The notes beneath the pieces are model-generated. The model worked only from the letters and a program-made list of their open reading frames with translations, was not told the DNA's origin and ran no database searches. Source: a virus (Duplodnaviria; Caudoviricetes). From it: DNA of 27,597 bases. Positions 24,657-27,597 of the stretch are shown piece by piece. Made by a program: the position numbers and the translations under genes. The DNA is taken from positions 1 through 27,597 of IMG/VR virus record IMGVR_UViG_3300026122_000003. One strand, 5' to 3'. Numbering within the stretch: position 1 is the first letter of the stretch; each line of letters starts with the position of its first letter.

Positions 24657-25261
24657 GCGTTTTTTCGCTCCCACCCGGCGATCACCGCATATTCGTTCAG
24701 CGCCCCCGACAGCACGTCGAAAGCCGATCCCCGGTTCATGCGCCAGTGCGCCTCGCACCACTTGAGCGCCGCGTTGTCGATCGCCACGGCCATGACCAGC
24801 CCGCCGACGGTGACGTAGCTCCGGGCCGGCGCCGGACGATGGACCTGCCGCGTCCACGGGATGTACCGGCGCTCCCATGCCTGCGCGATGTGCGGCGGCA
24901 TGCGGTCGATGGCGTCACGCGGCTTTCGCGAGCAGTCAACGAGGTCGCCGTGGTTGTCCGCGCGCGGCGGCATCAACGAGGTCTCGATGGCCTCGAATAC
25001 CGCGCGTATCTCGTCAGCCGCCCGGTGCTGGTGCGCGTTAAGCCGCTCGCCAAGCCGGGTTATCGTGTCGTAGCGGCGCTTCATGCGTGTTTCGGGTGTC
25101 GGGCCTACCCCCGCCGCTCCCGGGCGCTCACGGGCCGGCAGATCGTCGCGGAAGCCCATCGCCACGCGCAGTTGCCGGAACTGCTCGCGCTTGGTCTTGT
25201 TCCTCGACGCCCGCAACCGGGCCTCGGCATCCAGAATCGCGGCTTCGGCCTCGTCGATCAT
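24653..25261 (-). CDS. Putative late-gene regulator (Q/antiterminator position)
   Basis: 202 aa from MIDEAE (AGGAG RBS); LNAHQHRAADEI motif and C-terminal sigma4-like HTH (AVAIDNAALKWCEAHWRMNRGSAFDVLSGAL); last gene of the nin-like run. Confidence 0.55.
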   Translation of the reverse strand: MIDEAEAAILDAEARLRASRNKTKREQFRQLRVAMGFRDDLPARERPGAAGVGPTPETRMKRRYDTITRLGERLNAHQHRAADEIRAVFEAIETSLMPPRADNHGDLVDCSRKPRDAIDRMPPHIAQAWERRYIPWTRQVHRPAPARSYVTVGGLVMAVAIDNAALKWCEAHWRMNRGSAFDVLSGALNEYAVIAGWERKNA

Positions 25262-25269
25262 GGCGGCTC

Positions 25270-25389
25270 CTATCGCAACCATACCCACACCCGGTTGCAT
25301 TTTCGACAATGCCAGCCGCTAGGTGCCCACACGTCCTGATCGCGCCAATGGAAAAGAAAGCACCAGACTTTTTTGATTCGGTCAGGCAT
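25270..25389 (-). CDS. Tiny Cys/His protein (39 aa)
   Basis: Manual translation MPDRIKKVWCFLFHWRDQDVWAPSGWHCRKCNRVWVWLR; GAGGTG RBS; C-x3-H...CxxC. Confidence 0.55.
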   Translation of the reverse strand: MPDRIKKVWCFLFHWRDQDVWAPSGWHCRKCNRVWVWLR

Positions 25390-25395
25390 AGGGCA

Positions 25396-25791
25396 TCACC
25401 TCGCTTTCCGGTTGAGGGCGGCGCGGGCACCTAATTCGGTGAGCAATACTTGAGCTATAACGCCGCCGTCTGATTCATGGTCGGCATAGTATGTAAGCGC
25501 GGTACGCAGCCGCTCGTTTTCCGCTTTCAACTCGGCTATTCGCTCTGCGCTCCCCTTGCCTCGCGGACGCTCTACCGTTCGTCCGGCAAAATGGTCCGCG
25601 ATAGCCCGTTCAAGCCAGTCTTGGTGTTCCAGGTCCCCGTGTTTTATGGCATTGAACAACTCGGCTCTCAGCTTGGCGTCGGCTTCGAGGGCGTCGGCAG
25701 CTTTAGTCATCAATTGCCGTGCATAATGAGATGCTAGGCCAATCCCGATTTGCGCCTCCAACCTTGATATCAGTTCCGCCCGGTCAGTCAT
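25396..25791 (-). CDS. Hypothetical protein (nin-region type)
   Basis: 131 aa with AADALE and RIAELKAENERLR coiled-coil segments. Confidence 0.75.
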   Translation of the reverse strand: MTDRAELISRLEAQIGIGLASHYARQLMTKAADALEADAKLRAELFNAIKHGDLEHQDWLERAIADHFAGRTVERPRGKGSAERIAELKAENERLRTALTYYADHESDGGVIAQVLLTELGARAALNRKAR

Positions 25792-25945
25792 CGTGGCATT
25801 CCTTACAGGTCGAGCGGTGCTTGTGGCCGTAAAACAGTTTGAAACAAGAACAGCAGATACTCAGGTAGCAGCCGTTTTCTTCGTCGAAATCTTCCGGCCA
25901 GTCGCGCGCAGTCGGCTCGGGCATCAACGGTGCCCTGTCAGTCAT
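25784..25945 (-). CDS. Small zinc-finger protein (53 aa)
   Basis: Manual translation MTDRAPLMPEPTARDWPEDFDEENGCYLSICCSCFKLFYGHKHRSTCKECHDD; overlaps both neighbours. Confidence 0.7.
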   Translation of the reverse strand: MTDRAPLMPEPTARDWPEDFDEENGCYLSICCSCFKLFYGHKHRSTCKECHDD

Positions 25946-26186
25946 GGCCGGTGTCCTCTGCGGCGGCGAGCATGGCTTTGTAACCCTGCCGCAATTCTGT
26001 GATTAAAAGCGCCTCACCAGAAACGCCGGTTGCCGTATAACCTCTGTACAGCATGTTTTCCGTCGGCTCCCTCGGCACCGCCACATGGGTTCTCGTGTCA
26101 TGTATTGCTGCGAAGTTGCCATGCAACAGGCGCTCAACCTCTGCTGCCGTTTCGCACTTTGCCAGTTTTTCAAATATCGTCTGCAT
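25938..26186 (-). CDS. Hypothetical protein
   Basis: MQTIFEKL...VAVPREPTENML...YKAMLAAA, a motif common in phage nin regions; GGAG RBS. Confidence 0.7.
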   Translation of the reverse strand: MQTIFEKLAKCETAAEVERLLHGNFAAIHDTRTHVAVPREPTENMLYRGYTATGVSGEALLITELRQGYKAMLAAAEDTGHD

Positions 26187-26391
26187 CCCGCTTCTCCTCC
26201 TTCCCGCTGTCCTTGAACCAGCAGAACCGTTCGCGCGGCCAGTGAATATATTCATGCGCGCCGGTGACTGTGTTGGTGATGCGGGCGATGACCAGCACCG
26301 TATTGCCCGCCGTCCAGAACCAGTGCTTCACCGGCGCGTACTCGACCTGCGCCGTGCTGTCGTCACGATATAGCGTTATCTTACGGGCCAT
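26170..26391 (-). CDS. Hypothetical protein (73 aa)
   Basis: MARKITLYRDD start with GGAGGAG RBS. Confidence 0.65.
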   Translation of the reverse strand: MARKITLYRDDSTAQVEYAPVKHWFWTAGNTVLVIARITNTVTGAHEYIHWPRERFCWFKDSGKEEKRDADDI

Positions 26392-26464
26392 CTTTCTCCT
26401 CCATCTTCGCCCGGATCGCAGCGCCGTACCGCGAAATGAAATATGCGCCAACATCGTCAGTCAT
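26381..26464 (-). CDS. Possible 27-aa mini ORF
   Basis: MTDDVGAYFISRYGAAIRAKMEEKDGP; GGGAG RBS; bridges the neighbouring genes. Confidence 0.4.
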   Translation of the reverse strand: MTDDVGAYFISRYGAAIRAKMEEKDGP

Positions 26465-26639
26465 CGGCTATCTCCCTGATGCTGTAGCCGGGCTTGAGGA
26501 CGTAAGGCATTAACTCATCCGGCTTTGCCGCCACCCTATCCGTCGCGTCCGCCGTCCAATGGGCGAAGCGAAAAACCGACTCGCGGGTTGCATGTGCCTC
26601 GCTCACCCGCTCCTCGCCCTTGAACAGCGCGTACATCAT
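26457..26639 (-). CDS. Hypothetical protein (60 aa)
   Basis: ATGA coupling to the methyltransferase stop; GAGG RBS. Confidence 0.65.
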   Translation of the reverse strand: MMYALFKGEERVSEAHATRESVFRFAHWTADATDRVAAKPDELMPYVLKPGYSIREIADD

Positions 26640-27439
26640 CGGGTGGCCTCGGGGTGGTACACCGACGCGATATGCCGGCTCAGCGTCAGCGGGATTTTGG
26701 CTATCATGGCGCTGGCGAATTTTCGGGCCGGGCTCTTGCTACTGGTGATACGAGATATTTTACCGTCCCCTGCAAACCATTCTCGCCCCGACCCGTGCTG
26801 TTTTATCCCGTGTTCCGCCGGGTTCGTCAGGTGCCGCGTGTGGCCGTGCCCGTCCCGGCGGTTGATGTGCCCCGCGTTCTTCACGCTCTCCGTCTGGAAA
26901 CTGCGGCCCGAACCGTCGAAGCGAAAGCCGGGATTTTTATGCGCCTTCATCGTCCCAGGCATCAGCGCCGGCACGTCGCCCCACAGGTGGAAGCTGCCGA
27001 AGTTCCACCGCGACCGCCCTACCCACCGTTGCGCGCCGCGCACGTTTTCCACCACCAGCGGGATATGCCGGCCCGCCGCCTCGCACGCCTCGCGCTGGAT
27101 GCGGAAGCAGGAATCGAACAGCCGGTTAAGCTCCGCCAGTTTCCTGCCGGTTTCGTCGGCCAGGATAGCCGCGGCCTTCGCCTTCGCCCGGCTCCACGGC
27201 ATCGCCATGTAGCTGTAGTCCTGGCACGGCGGGCTCGCCACCATCAGCGCCGCGTCCCGGAACTGCGAGCCATGCAGCGTCAGCACGTCCTGAACCACCA
27301 GTTGCGCCGGGTAGCGATGGTCGCCGTATTCGTGCCGCTCGATGTCGAAGCCGATCACGTCAAAACCCTCCGCAAGCAGGCCATCGGTCCATCCGCCAAG
27401 GCCGCAGAACAGGTCGATGGCAAGCGGGCGCTCAACCAC
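26636..27439 (-). CDS. DNA cytosine-C5 methyltransferase
   Basis: Motif I DLFCGLGG, catalytic motif IV SPPCQ, motif VI ENV; GTG start with GGAGG RBS. Confidence 0.9.
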   Translation of the reverse strand: MVERPLAIDLFCGLGGWTDGLLAEGFDVIGFDIERHEYGDHRYPAQLVVQDVLTLHGSQFRDAALMVASPPCQDYSYMAMPWSRAKAKAAAILADETGRKLAELNRLFDSCFRIQREACEAAGRHIPLVVENVRGAQRWVGRSRWNFGSFHLWGDVPALMPGTMKAHKNPGFRFDGSGRSFQTESVKNAGHINRRDGHGHTRHLTNPAEHGIKQHGSGREWFAGDGKISRITSSKSPARKFASAMIAKIPLTLSRHIASVYHPEATR

Positions 27440-27596
27440 TTGCCTCCCCCGGCCGGTACTCCAGCATCGGCAGTTTCCCGGCCACCCGGCCCCGCGCGTT
27501 CAGAAACCGCTCCTGCGATTCCCATGCCGCCAGCAACCTGCCAACGTCGGCGTCCGTCAGCTTCCAACCGTAGCCGGCAAACCGTTCGTCGCTCAT
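27432..27596 (-). CDS. Hypothetical protein (54 aa; may extend beyond the window)
   Basis: Manual translation MSDERFAGYGWKLTDADVGRLLAAWESQERFLNARGRVAGKLPMLEYRPGEASG. Confidence 0.5.
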   Translation of the reverse strand: MSDERFAGYGWKLTDADVGRLLAAWESQERFLNARGRVAGKLPMLEYRPGEASG

Positions 27597-27597
27597 T

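Noticed and set aside
1-27597. tRNA, rRNA, integrase, transposase, endolysin
   Set aside because: None recognised by eye; prophage versus free phage cannot be decided from this window.

Overview
A GC-rich fragment of a tailed (podovirus-type, P22-like gene order) phage or prophage, probably from an alphaproteobacterial host (inferred). Nearly all real genes are on the minus strand. In transcription order (right to left): C5 DNA methyltransferase, a nin-like run of tiny ORFs, a putative late regulator with a promoter/terminator pair, two probable virion proteins, terminase small subunit, a non-coding region with an IHF-consensus site and six 11-bp operator-like repeats, small ORFs, a five-enzyme glycan cluster (three GT-A glycosyltransferases, a Maf/DUF115-like transferase, a sulfotransferase), terminase large subunit, portal, scaffold, major capsid, adaptor, tail hub, three ejection proteins and a beta-helix tailspike. 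Three plus-strand insertions interrupt this. Two share one architecture: a sigma70 promoter with an inverted repeat in its spacer, a GGG-stem tetraloop leader hairpin, tiny ORF(s) and a terminal RTVRRW-type HTH gene, resembling acr-aca anti-defence operons. The third is a 46-aa membrane ORF beside the ejection genes. The best novelty candidates are the possible sulfated virion-glycan pathway between TerS and TerL, the two aca-like cassettes, and a leaderless, repeat-covered, dual-coding locus after TerS. All protein calls come from motifs recognised by eye plus synteny; no searches were run.
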